Assembly (NCBI RefSeq): GCF_902459465.1 | Contig: NC_047064.1 | Coordinates: 682,001 to 746,000, forward strand | Direction of reading: 5' to 3' | Length of the DNA stretch: 64,000 nucleotides | Source: Asterias rubens | Taxonomy: Eukaryota | Shown: positions 55,601 through 64,000 of the stretch, one piece after another | How positions within the stretch are numbered: position 1 is the stretch's first letter | Layout: the number at the start of each line of letters is the position of its first letter | The notes under the pieces: model-generated | What the model saw: the letters and a program-made list of their open reading frames with translations, nothing else | Told to the model about the DNA's origin: nothing | Database searches by the model: none | Program-made: the position numbers and the translations under genes

Positions 55601-58600
55601 CCTAGTGGCTAAGAGCACCAGACTCAAGCTCTGGTGTTTCCAATCAGCAGAGTGTGGGTTCGAATACCAGTCATGACAGCAAGACACTTAACCATGATTC
55701 ACATAAAAAAAAACAGTGCGCTTATCGAAAAGAGAAGGGGTTCACCCCGGTGTTCCTGGTTTGATTGGCAGTATATTGCGCCACAGCACCTTGTAAACCA
55801 TTACATGGTGCTATGTTAAAGGAGTAGTTTCATAATGCAAACGTAGTCCCACATACCTTGCAGGAAAATACTGAGTGTGCGCTTAGAAAAAAAAACGTTT
55901 TAAGCGCCTAATAAATGTTTTGTATAATTATTATTACTTATATTTACAGGAGTTCCGCTCGTTTGTTTCTCGTAACCTTCACATCATTTCCAACCTACCC
56001 GCCCTCACATGGCAACAAGCAGCCAATGAGCCATCAGAATCCGCTGTCTGTCAATCAATGAAGAAGGCAGTTGAAAGTGGGGGCGTGGCCTCAAGGCGGA
56101 GTCTTGTAGTCTGGAAGAATAAGAGGGAGGGGCAAGAGGATTGTGCTATGACCATCACTGGATTTACTCAGGTTGGTTGGACTTGACATCCTTAGAGAAA
56201 GAGGTCAAATGTCATTGAGTTGCTTATAAGCACAGCAGAATTATGCTTACCAGACTAAGATGACCAATCAAAACACCATTTCTTATGTACCATTTGTGGC
56301 TGGTTTCTTGCGCATTTGGCTTAGCAGAAAAATGTTAAGCAAAAGTTTCTGCTTAAGCAGTTCTGTGAGATTGGGTCTTGCTCTGTTTTTTCTTGTTCTG
56401 GTTCACCTGCCCATATCCATACAGTGGATGTTATCCAAGAAACACACGGCTCAAGGAGGTTCTGGTAACGAACTTCAGTGAGCAATTAACCCTTTCATGC
56501 ACCATTTATTGTAGTAATAAATTAATCATGAATTGTTTATTCGTTTGAATTGGCAACCCTCCCTGAAACAGGTCGGAACAGCACCCTTAAGAGTTTTCTT
56601 TGCCCTTCTGAAAACTGTGTGGTTCTGCGATCTTAAACCAGTCGTTAGTGACCAGTCAGCGCATGAATGAGTTAAGGGGCTCATTGTATCAACTGGATGA
56701 ACAAGATAAAAAAGAATGTTTGTATCGAGTTGTCTTGTTTCATGCTCATGTTTTGTCTTTTGTCTTCCAGGCCGTTACATGCCTAGCCATTTCTCTGGAT
56801 GAACAGTTTGTTGTCTGTGGAAATAAAGACTGCACTGTCCAATTATTTGAACGTGAAACTGCAAAGGTGAGATCTACTTATTTTCTAATATTTAAGATTT
56901 TTTTTTTAAATTTACGTTTTTAAATATCGTTTTGATTTAATAGTATGATGAGAAACTTTGCACGTTGGGAGTTTTGTTAGGTGGGAGTATATTGTTAGGT
57001 GAGGTTTGCGGTAGCACCATGTGTAAATCTTGTTTAATTAGTGTTGGTTCTGATCTGAAAAGAATTGATGGTTGACAACTCAATGTTTTGATTAGTATGC
57101 TCCGAATGTCTTCTGTCGTTCCTAAAAGAGAGTCTGCTTTTACTGGAGGTGCCATTTTCGCAGTGTATCATTGGACACGGCTGACATGTTGTTGGTTCTA
57201 AGACATGACCTTGTTTCCTTTAAGTCGTTCATGGTTTGCAAAGCAGCATCTATTTTTAAATATTTTTTTGGTAATAAACAGGAGGTTCGAGGCTTTGTGG
57301 GACATTATGATGCAATAACAGATTGCTGCTTCGTTGGCAGACAACGTCTGGTCACAGCCTCTGTTGATACTACACTCAGCCTATGGGACGTACACCAGGG
57401 TCACAGGTAAGAAGCTTGTAATAGTTAGTGTTCCCCTTTAAGCGTTTGCGCTCAGTGGACCCAAGTGTTCCCCTTTAAGCGTTTGCGCTCAGTGGACCCA
57501 ATAATGTAAGCGCAAAACTAACATGCCTGATTTCAATATGGCGACACATAGTCACATCATTATGGATAGGTATGTAACAGATGTAGCTATAATCCAATTA
57601 AATTATGCCCTTGTTAATTTAATCTTGATCACCTCAAGAAATGGACTACAAAGAGTAAACTTATTGTCAGTGCCAAAACCATCCCCCTTTTTTGTGTCAA
57701 GAGCCCCCTCTTGACAAGTAGTAGTTCCATGGCGTAGAGACGGAACATGTTTTTTCAATCCATCTAAATATCATTTCAGTTTTCACAAGGTAATGCTGAT
57801 TTGTTGTTATGAGTTTTAATGTTGTGAGTTTTAACGTTGGTTTTGATAGGCAAGACGTCATTTTAAAGGGGATATAATAAGAACAATCTTGATTTCACCA
57901 GAGAGAAAAACTGACTTAAGTTTGTTTGTTTAGTGAGCAATGTATGCTCATTCTCGTATCACAGTCTTGCCTCAGTCAAGTAGTGATCTAGAGGGCGCCT
58001 TTCAAAATGGCGATGTACACATCTGTAGGGCACTGGAATTCAACAGGTACATTAATCCTTCTTGTGTTGACTTTGCATTTTCCTACTGGAGATCAGAGTC
58101 CAGACTGAACCTACAATCAATTGAATCTTTTTCTCTTGTCTTATTAGGATTGCCGTTCTTAAAGAGCACAGACGTCGTGTCAGTTCATGTTGTCATAGTA
58201 CCCGCTGCGCTATGATCGTCTCTGCCTCGTGGGATTGTACGCTGAATATCTGGGATGATAGTGATGGGAGGCTACTGGCAACCTTAAAGGATACAACTCC
58301 ACTTAACTGTGTAGCGTTTCATCCTGAGGGAAGATTGGTGGTGAGCGGAGGATGGGACTCAACGATGAAGATATGGCATGTTGAAGATAAGAAAAGAGTT
58401 GGGGTAAGCAGGGATTTTTATTTCATTTGTTATTTCTGTTTGTGAAGAAACTTGGCATTTCCAAAGTCTACTATTGGATATTGATTACATCACAGGGTAG
58501 GTCCATAGATTGTTATGTTAACCTTTAACCTCTGTATCTTGGTATCTTGGTCAGATTCTACGAGGTCACAAGGCGTCTGTACGTGCCGTTGCTTACTCAC

Positions 58601-61600
58601 CCAGTGGAGCTCATATCGTTTCTGCCTCCCTGGACGGAACCGTTAAGATATGGTCCTCAACTACTGGAACTCAGGTATATATGTTTAACAATTAAACCAG
58701 CTATGGGCAACTTGGTTAATATATCTTTATAGTAATGAAACAAAGAAACCCCAAATTGACTACAAGCCAGTCCAAATTTCATGGCTCTGCTTACCGCCGA
58801 ATTCTGCGCTTACGATCACCATTCTCGGCTAATTGTGCACGCGCCTAATTTCTGCACTAGCTGTAAAAGGGAAGAATGCCTAGTAATGAGATGTTATCAC
58901 ATGCGCAAGCAAAAACCCTGCTAACCTGTGAAATATGCTTGAGGTAAGCGTGGTATTCAATGCTTCCTTAAGCGCCTATAGTTTGCTTACGGTAAGCAGA
59001 GCCATGACATGGGATCTGTATTCATGAAGACACATGTGAAGAGAATATGATGAAGAAATGTCACTTTTAGATGTGGGAGTGAAACGTTTGATACAGAAAA
59101 ACCCACACAGTCAGGTAGGTACTGAAAACCCACATGCAAGGCTTTGGTCCGTGTGGGATTCGAACCGGGGTCACAGAGGGGAAAAGCACAGAAAGAAACC
59201 ACTTGACCAACCTGACCCCCCCCCCACCCCGATTGAAAGACATCTTCTAAGCTGTCCTCTCAGAGCTAGATGAATGAAGACAGTTATTTCCAAAGAGCTG
59301 GAAGAATGTTCAATGTCCAATTATTTCTTGCTGATTTGTTGGAGACATCATAAAGACTTCTGTAGCTCTAATTGTGTGGGGTTTTTTCTGCGCAGGTTGG
59401 AGGATTAGATGGTCATGTGATGCCGATTAATCGCATTTCATTCTCACCCAATGGACGTCAGCTTGTGACGGTCAGCGATGACCAAAGGGTCAAGGTATGG
59501 TTCTGTTTTTCAGCTGAATTTAGATGAATAAGTTTTTTATGTTTTCCTGTCTTAAAGGCAGTGGACACTATTGGTAATTACTCAAAATAATTATTAGCAT
59601 AAAACATTTCTTGGTGACGAGTAATGGGGAGAGGTTGATGGTATAAAACATTGTGAGAAACAGCTCCCTCTGAAGTGCCATAGTTTTCGAGAAAGAAGTA
59701 ATTTTCCACGAATTTGATTTCGAGACCTCAGATTTAGAACTTGAGGTTTCGCAATCAACCATCTAAACGCACACAACTTCGTGTGACAAGGGTGTTTTTT
59801 TCTTTCATTATCTCGCAAGTTTGATGACCGATTGAGCTCAAATTTTCCCAGGTTAGTTATTTTATGCATATGTTGAGATACACAAACTGTAAAGGCTAGA
59901 CTTTGACAATTACCAATAGTGTCCACTGCCTTTAAGGCTGTTCCTCAACAAGCCCTGCTATTGCGGAACATGCTTCTGCTCTTTGCTTCAAGTCAATGTA
60001 TTCTCTAATTACAAATGTTAATGTGGAAATAATTGTTACTTTGAATAATGATTACTTAAAACATGCATTCTGTTATATTCTCTTGGTTTTATGAATTAAA
60101 GCTCCCAAAGTGTACCTTGAGAAATTTTAACTTCAAATTACCGACAAATCTTTGCAGATTCATGAAAAGAAAACCAAATCAGTTCATGCTTTGAAGTCTG
60201 TTATAAAATTAATTTTAAAGTTAGTGGCAAACATGAAATTTAACATAACATCATTCTGAGATGTGGAAAAACTAACTATTATACTTGATACAGTATTGGT
60301 GTTTACCCATACACGGATGTGTGTAAAGCACTGTTTACTCAGTACTTTTGGAAGTCCAGTAAAAACAAATTCCACAGGCAAATATATTACTTTGCTTAGA
60401 TTTGAGCACACAACCTTTGCAATTCTAGAGCAGATGTTTTACCACGAGAGCACTGAGCTTACCCGGTAGCTAGAGGCAGTTTGAATCCTTAACTTGTTTT
60501 ATTTTCGTTGAATTAGGTGTGGTCTGGAAATCTAGGCAAGAGGGTGTCCACTTTTGGGCTGGATCGCTATGGTAGCGCCACGGCAACGGCTATCAGTCCA
60601 GATGGTATGCAGGTCTTAACTGGTTACCACAGCGGTGCCATTAGAATGTATGAGACCAACAGTGGAGCTGAGATATGGGCGGTGACTCATCACGATGCAG
60701 GGGTCAAGGGGTTAAAGTGGGTCATGACCCCATCAGGTCAACTGGAGGTCGTAGCTGGTTGGCTTACTGGACATGTAGAGGTTAGTTCGTTGACAGAAAG
60801 ATTTAGTACAGATTTTGTTCACTGATATACACCTATATGTTTTAAGCACTGTACTTTCCCAAGTTCTGTGAAAAAAACAACTGGCAAATCTCTCTGGTGG
60901 TTATTTATTTTAATGTGACCAGTGGCATCGGAGATAAAGACTTTCATGTCACAGTTATTGAGTTAACTTGTTTTATTCCAGGCATGTGCCGATGGCTTAT
61001 TGTCATAACTGTTTGTTTTGTTCATCTTTTTTCTTGTTCTGTTCTTTTTGTATGCTGAATTAAAAATAATAATAATAATAACTTAATGGCATCTGTTGGT
61101 TTTCTTTTATTCCAGTTGCTATCGGCAATGACCGGCTCTATTAATACATCTCTAGCTGCTCATATGAAACCAGTCACAAGTCTTGCATACAGCAGTCCTA
61201 ATCGTCTCGTTGCCGTGACGTTTGAGGATAATACAATCTTTATATGGAGGGTTCCTTATGAGCGCAAAGCCAAGCAGAAAAGGTAAGTCACATAATATAA
61301 TAATAATAATAGCAAGTTTTGCTATTCAAGTTCTAAATAACTGTCTGAATGCCCTGCTGGTCATTGGGCCATTAACATGCCTTTAATCTTGCTCACAGCC
61401 TGGGCAATGGTAGAGCTTTTTCATACACAATATCAACATCTGATAACTGATATTGTATTGTCTAAACTATCTAAAATATTGTCTATTGTCTTATTTCTTC
61501 CAGTCTGGAACCCTATGCTGTAATTTATGCCATTGGTAATAAAGCTGTGACATGCTGCGGATTTGATATGGATGGTACCAGACTAGCCACAGGAACCAAA

Positions 61601-63704
61601 GATATGGTAAACAAAAATTTACGAAAAAATCACACGTTTTGAAAACATAAAAAAAAAATTGAATAATTCATAACAACTATAGTAATTTGATAAAGTGCTT
61701 TACACGAACTGTCTTTTTATATATTTTTTACCCACCATTTACAGATATCATTAAAAAACATTGAAAGATAAAGTTACTTATATAATATAATATAAGTTGA
61801 AGATTACAACTATGCAATAACTAAATAGTCAGGTATGCTCTGATTGAGTTGAAACTTACGGTTCTTTTCAGAACCACCAGGATTCATTTACAGATTATCA
61901 TTACATGGTGTTCCCACAAACCTTTACATTATCGTATTTCCACCGTGCAAAATTTCAAATCCTACTTTGACAATAATTGATAAAAGATTATTAATAAATC
62001 TGCATATGATGATAATCTACCATAGAGTGTCCAGATCTGGAGTATGGAGAGAGATGTTCTCTTAGGCACAACGCTACGACCAATGGCAGAGATGCATGCA
62101 TGTCATAAAGACTGGGTCACTGCACTTTGCTGGTCAGACGCTTCAGATCACTTGGTAAGAACACCCAGGAATTTACACTATTCAATCAAATTTCATTATT
62201 TCACATAGAAATGTGTTTTCTAGCTCAGTGAAATGTTGTAATTTTTATTGACAAGACAGGATTGGTGGAAGATAACTGTTCAGTTTATTGAAATGTTAGT
62301 ACTCACTTTATTGTTGTTCTCATGAAAAATAAAATTATTCATTGGAAAGACCCCTAGCATACGATGTCACTACCCCAAACAGAGCCCTCACTGAGATCAA
62401 TGACGACGCGTCATTGGCTGAGAGGTTTGCGCAGCGCGTACAGGCTTGCACAGATCCATTGTTTGATCTTGATGATGGCAGCCAATGCGAGGGGTCTATG
62501 AAGAGGTTTTTTTTTAAAATTCAAATGGAAATGAAACGTCAGGAAGTGTGTGTTACCAATTTGAAAATAACTGAAACCATTCATACAAAAGCAGCAGGTT
62601 CAACCAATGTGTTTGTTGAAATGATCTTTCCGTCAAAGAAACTCGGGTGGGGGGGGGGATATAAACACAAAGCTGGCAACAGCCAATCTCTCTCACACAA
62701 ACATTGATTTATGTCTATAAATTGGCTATTATAAATCGCACAAATAAAAAAAAAGTGATTTAGTAACAAGACGACCATACTTATTCTAGTCATTGTGAAA
62801 TCAGTGGTTAGCTTGGTGGGATTCGAACCTACATCTTTGTAATTGCAAGTCCTGTATTCTAACCACTTTTTGTTTCCTATTCAACCTTCTGTAAACTGTA
62901 AATCTCTGTTTTTCTTTACTGTAGGTGACTGCATCCAATGATTTCATTATTAAGCTTTGGGACATGAAGACTATGAAAGTCAAACATGAATTTATGGGAC
63001 ACACCAGCGCCATTAACTCTGTTGCCTTCAGTGTGAGTATTCAGCATCAAAACTTTCACCTTTAACAATTTGATTTATTTTTCAGACTAAAAATGACCCT
63101 GAGAAAGGGAAGCTAAATGTTAATTTAAAGGCACTAGAAACCTTTGGTAAATTGTCAAAGACCAACATTTTCACTTGGTTTATCCAAACATATGCAGACA
63201 ATAACAAATCTATATTTGTGCTAACAATTATTTGTTAGAAATTACCAATATTGTATTTAAAGATGCCTGAAAATGTTGCTCCTACTGGAGTAGTCTATTC
63301 ATCAAATATGTGTTTCATTTACGGTCAGTTCATGATTTTGCCCAGAACCAGATCCAAACCCTACCCAGCCCCAGTCCCTGCCCTAGTTCCAGACCAAGCC
63401 AGCCAGCCTGCATTATTCTTTTTATTTTGTTAGCCCGAACAAAGTAACTGCCCATTGATACTACACATGTGCTACATGTATCTACTCGGGAGGGCAGTCA
63501 GCTTTTGCTTTTCTTATAAATCCCAGCAATATCTCACAATTTTTTCCTCTCTGTTTTCCTAACAGCAAGGTTGTGTCGTCTCAGCATGTTTTGATGGATC
63601 AGTCAGAGTCTGGTCTCATAAAGGAGTTGAGATTACGACACTCTACGGACACAATAGCCGTGTCAACAGCTGTGATGTCTTTGTAGTTTCTAAACAAGCA
63701 CAAG
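37668..63704 (+). CDS. TEP1: Telomerase protein component 1 / vault-associated TEP1 (partial; continues past the window end)
   Basis: 38 phase-consistent GT-AG coding exons: 37668-38369, 39649-39783, 40656-40817, 41007-41103, 41661-41943, 42246-42403, 43167-43373, 43875-44016, 44578-44752, 45298-45450, 45796-46037, 46753-46897, 47301-47377, 47970-48146, 48606-48848, 49019-49132, 49712-49832, 50486-50668, 51034-51209, 51435-51585, 51970-52146, 52391-52483, 53026-53158, 53680-53857, 54885-54997, 55247-55527, 55950-56171, 56771-56866, 57282-57406, 58148-58403, 58555-58674, 59396-59494, 60517-60780, 61116-61282, 61504-61606, 62026-62154, 62925-63032, 63566-63704 (6646 nt, about 2215 aa). Diagnostic motifs: [96 protein letters not shown]40 repeats. 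Confidence 0.95.
39110..39180. repeat. 22-bp tandem repeat (agccagacacaacctaagccat) x3
   Basis: Three direct copies in a TEP1 intron. Confidence 0.9.
39649..44752 (+). CDS. TEP1: TEP1 TROVE (Ro60-like RNA-binding) domain exons
   Basis: [88 protein letters not shown]. Confidence 0.9.
42676..43044 (-). mobile_element. Kolobok-type MITE family B
   Basis: aggcattggacacctttggtaattgtcaaagacc ... aattaccaatagtgtccagttccTTAA. Confidence 0.82.
43490..43765 (+). mobile_element. Diverged tRNA-derived SINE
   Basis: Box A-like gtggagtgg, cagagtgtgggttaaaatcc box B remnant and gggcaaaacactt, shared with 55588-55890 and about 46315; 3' tail gcgctttt...gtgccttataaat. Confidence 0.5.
47481..47849 (+). mobile_element. 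Kolobok-type MITE family B
   Basis: TTAAAGGCACTGGACA...ggtaattactcaaa ... caattacctaatgtgtaaagtgccttgaa. Confidence 0.8.
47970..48848 (+). CDS. TEP1: TEP1 DUF4062 domain exons
   Basis: [22 protein letters not shown]...DLRWGV...[20 protein letters not shown]...SITELEMQ. Confidence 0.88.
49102..49269 (+). repeat. 41-bp tandem repeat x4 spanning a TEP1 exon end and splice donor
   Basis: (TTAAAGGCAGTGGWCTARAAGTCTTTGAYKGGTAAGTTCCC) with units starting at 49102, 49143, 49184 and 49225, closed by TTAA at 49266-49269. Confidence 0.95.
49497..49625 (+). mobile_element. Kolobok-type MITE family B, 5' fragment
   Basis: aaggcagtggacactatatggtaattact...gagaaacggctccctttgaagtaacatagtttt. Confidence 0.78.
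49875..50118 (+). mobile_element. Kolobok-type MITE family B carrying a 39-bp insertion copied from the 41-bp array
   Basis: TTAAAGGCACTGGACAC start; the normal internal sequence is interrupted at 50001-50039 by actagaagtctttgatgggtaagttcccttaaaggcagt. Confidence 0.8.
50196..50430 (+). mobile_element. tRNA-derived repeat family E
   Basis: atttgcatcgggg.aaagaatatt leader, box A/B-like core (gtaagacact.ctctagaat...ggttYgaatcc), tail atgcctgtgattttt...gtgctaacacacat. Other copies: 51622-51790 (+), 53302-53462 (-), 60297-60492 (-); fragments at about 48925 and 60835. Confidence 0.7.
50486..53158 (+). CDS. TEP1: TEP1 NACHT NTPase exons
   Basis: Walker [12 protein letters not shown] (exon 50486-50668), Walker [10 protein letters not shown] (exon 51435-51585), [13 protein letters not shown]. 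Confidence 0.9.
51622..51924 (+). mobile_element. Family E copy followed by a Kolobok family B 3' fragment
   Basis: gggttcgaatccc...acatgcctgtgattttt...gggtaaaaccaaaa, then ccaattgagccc...ctttgacaataccaaacgtgtacagtgcctTTAA. Confidence 0.7.
53302..53462 (-). mobile_element. tRNA-derived repeat family E
   Basis: Reverse complement reads tctagttggtaagacactgctctagatgcaaaggctgtaggttcaaatcccacccgagtaatattcctgtgatt. Confidence 0.72.
54425..54784. mobile_element. MITE with ATAGACCTTTTC TIR
   Basis: ATAGACCTTTTC (54425-54436) / GAAAAGGTCTAT (54773-54784), enclosing a GC-richer body. Confidence 0.65.
55588..55890 (+). mobile_element. tRNA-derived SINE, near full length
   Basis: Box A ctagtggctaagagc, box B gggttcgaatacc, then gcaagacacttaacc and a unique body. 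Confidence 0.7.
56771..63704 (+). CDS. TEP1: TEP1 WD40 repeat exons
   Basis: Multiple GH...(S/T)xSxDxT(L/V)xxW(D) repeats, e.g. [11 protein letters not shown]...[12 protein letters not shown] and [15 protein letters not shown]...[11 protein letters not shown]. Confidence 0.92.
57427..57501. repeat. 37-bp tandem duplication
   Basis: agtgttcccctttaagcgtttgcgctcagtggaccca x2, identical. Confidence 0.9.
58768..59013. mobile_element. MITE family G
   Basis: Perfect 17-bp inverted repeat catggctctgcttaccg / cggtaagcagagccatg. Related ends (ccaatttcat, atgaaattgg) occur at about 13555-13620, 33010, 39035, 50736 and 56215-56380. Confidence 0.7.
59085..59218 (-). mobile_element. tRNA-derived SINE
   Basis: Reverse complement: ggtcaagtggtt...cccggttcgaatcccacacgg...ttgcatgtgggttttcagtacctacctgactgtgtgggttttt; related fragment at about 40270-40350. 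Confidence 0.65.
59552..59935 (+). mobile_element. Complete Kolobok-type MITE family B
   Basis: Perfect 28-bp terminal inverted match TTAAAGGCAGTGGACACTATTGGTAATT / AATTACCAATAGTGTCCACTGCCTTTAA, including the TTAA target site. Confidence 0.9.
60297..60492 (-). mobile_element. tRNA-derived repeat family E (diverged)
   Basis: tttacccatacacggatgtgtgtaaagcactg...cacaggca...acctttgcaattctagagcagatgttttacc. Confidence 0.65.
62795..62868 (-). repeat. tRNA-like SINE head
   Basis: Reverse complement agtggttagaatacaggacttgcaattacaaagatgtaggttcgaatcccaccaagctaaccactgattt; related fragment at about 35265-35300. Confidence 0.55.
63124..63250 (-). mobile_element. Kolobok-type MITE family B fragment
   Basis: TTAAAGGCACTAGAAACCTTTGGTAAATTGTCAAAGACC...cacttggtttatccaaacatatgcagacaataacaaa. 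Confidence 0.7.
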
Positions 63705-64000
63705 GTAGAAAACAACTTACTCTTAACTTTATTTTAAAATATTGTTCCTTAAACAATTTTCTTTTGAACATCTTATAGCAGAGGACGTTTATTTAGTGCT
63801 GGTATCTGCCCAGAACATGACCATAAACATACCCTCCCTGTTCCCTCTCTTAATGCTGTTAACCCCAGCTGGGGCAGTGACCTCCCAATGAGAATTGACA
63901 CTAAACAGGGTCCGAGGGCCCAAGGAGATATAGACAGGATTTTAGCTTCCATATTTGTTTTATGAACTGTTTCTTGAGAACTAGAATAGCACAACTTTTC

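Noticed and set aside
62342-62707. 121-aa plus-strand ORF in a TEP1 intron
   Set aside because: It is not needed for the phase-consistent TEP1 model, lacks WD40 features and overlaps repeat-like CpG-rich sequence.
1-64000. Telomerase RNA or vault RNA gene near TEP1
   Set aside because: I found no CTAACCCTAA-type template by eye. All box A/B elements seen have tRNA-like spacing and are multi-copy repeats. An Infernal search would be needed to exclude a divergent vault RNA.

Overview
Eukaryotic, AT-rich, intron-rich genomic DNA from a marine invertebrate. The gene set and repeat families suggest an echinoderm, probably a sea star (inference, not verified). There are no prokaryotic features and no CRISPR array. 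Three protein-coding genes can be assembled exon by exon with consistent GT-AG sites and reading phases. (1) A doublecortin-like kinase of the DCLK3 type on the minus strand (CDS 13673-28419, 5 coding exons, 902 aa) with two DCX domains, a long ER/K charged helix and an intact kinase domain, plus a candidate alternative first coding exon ending in a cysteine cluster. (2) RAMAC/RAM (FAM103A1, mRNA cap methyltransferase activator) on the minus strand (33517-34551, 192 aa). (3) TEP1 (telomerase/vault-associated protein 1) on the plus strand from 37668 to beyond the window end (38 coding exons, about 2215 aa seen: TROVE, VWA-like, DUF4062, NACHT, WD40). RAMAC and TEP1 are head-to-head, with first exons under about 1 kb apart. 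A possible last exon of an upstream gene lies at 2144-2462. Introns and intergenic DNA hold TTAA-flanked Kolobok-type MITEs, other MITEs, several tRNA-derived repeats and tandem repeats. The most notable observations are: three tiny CATGGAGG...CCTCCATG palindromes with 6-7 bp target duplications that look like P-superfamily transposon excision footprints; a 41-bp TTAA-bounded tandem that quadruplicates a TEP1 splice donor and starts with a perfect Kolobok terminus; the DCLK3 alternative N-terminus; and the NLR-like DUF4062-NACHT-WD40 module and RGG exon of TEP1. All coordinates and alignments were read by eye; no database searches were run.
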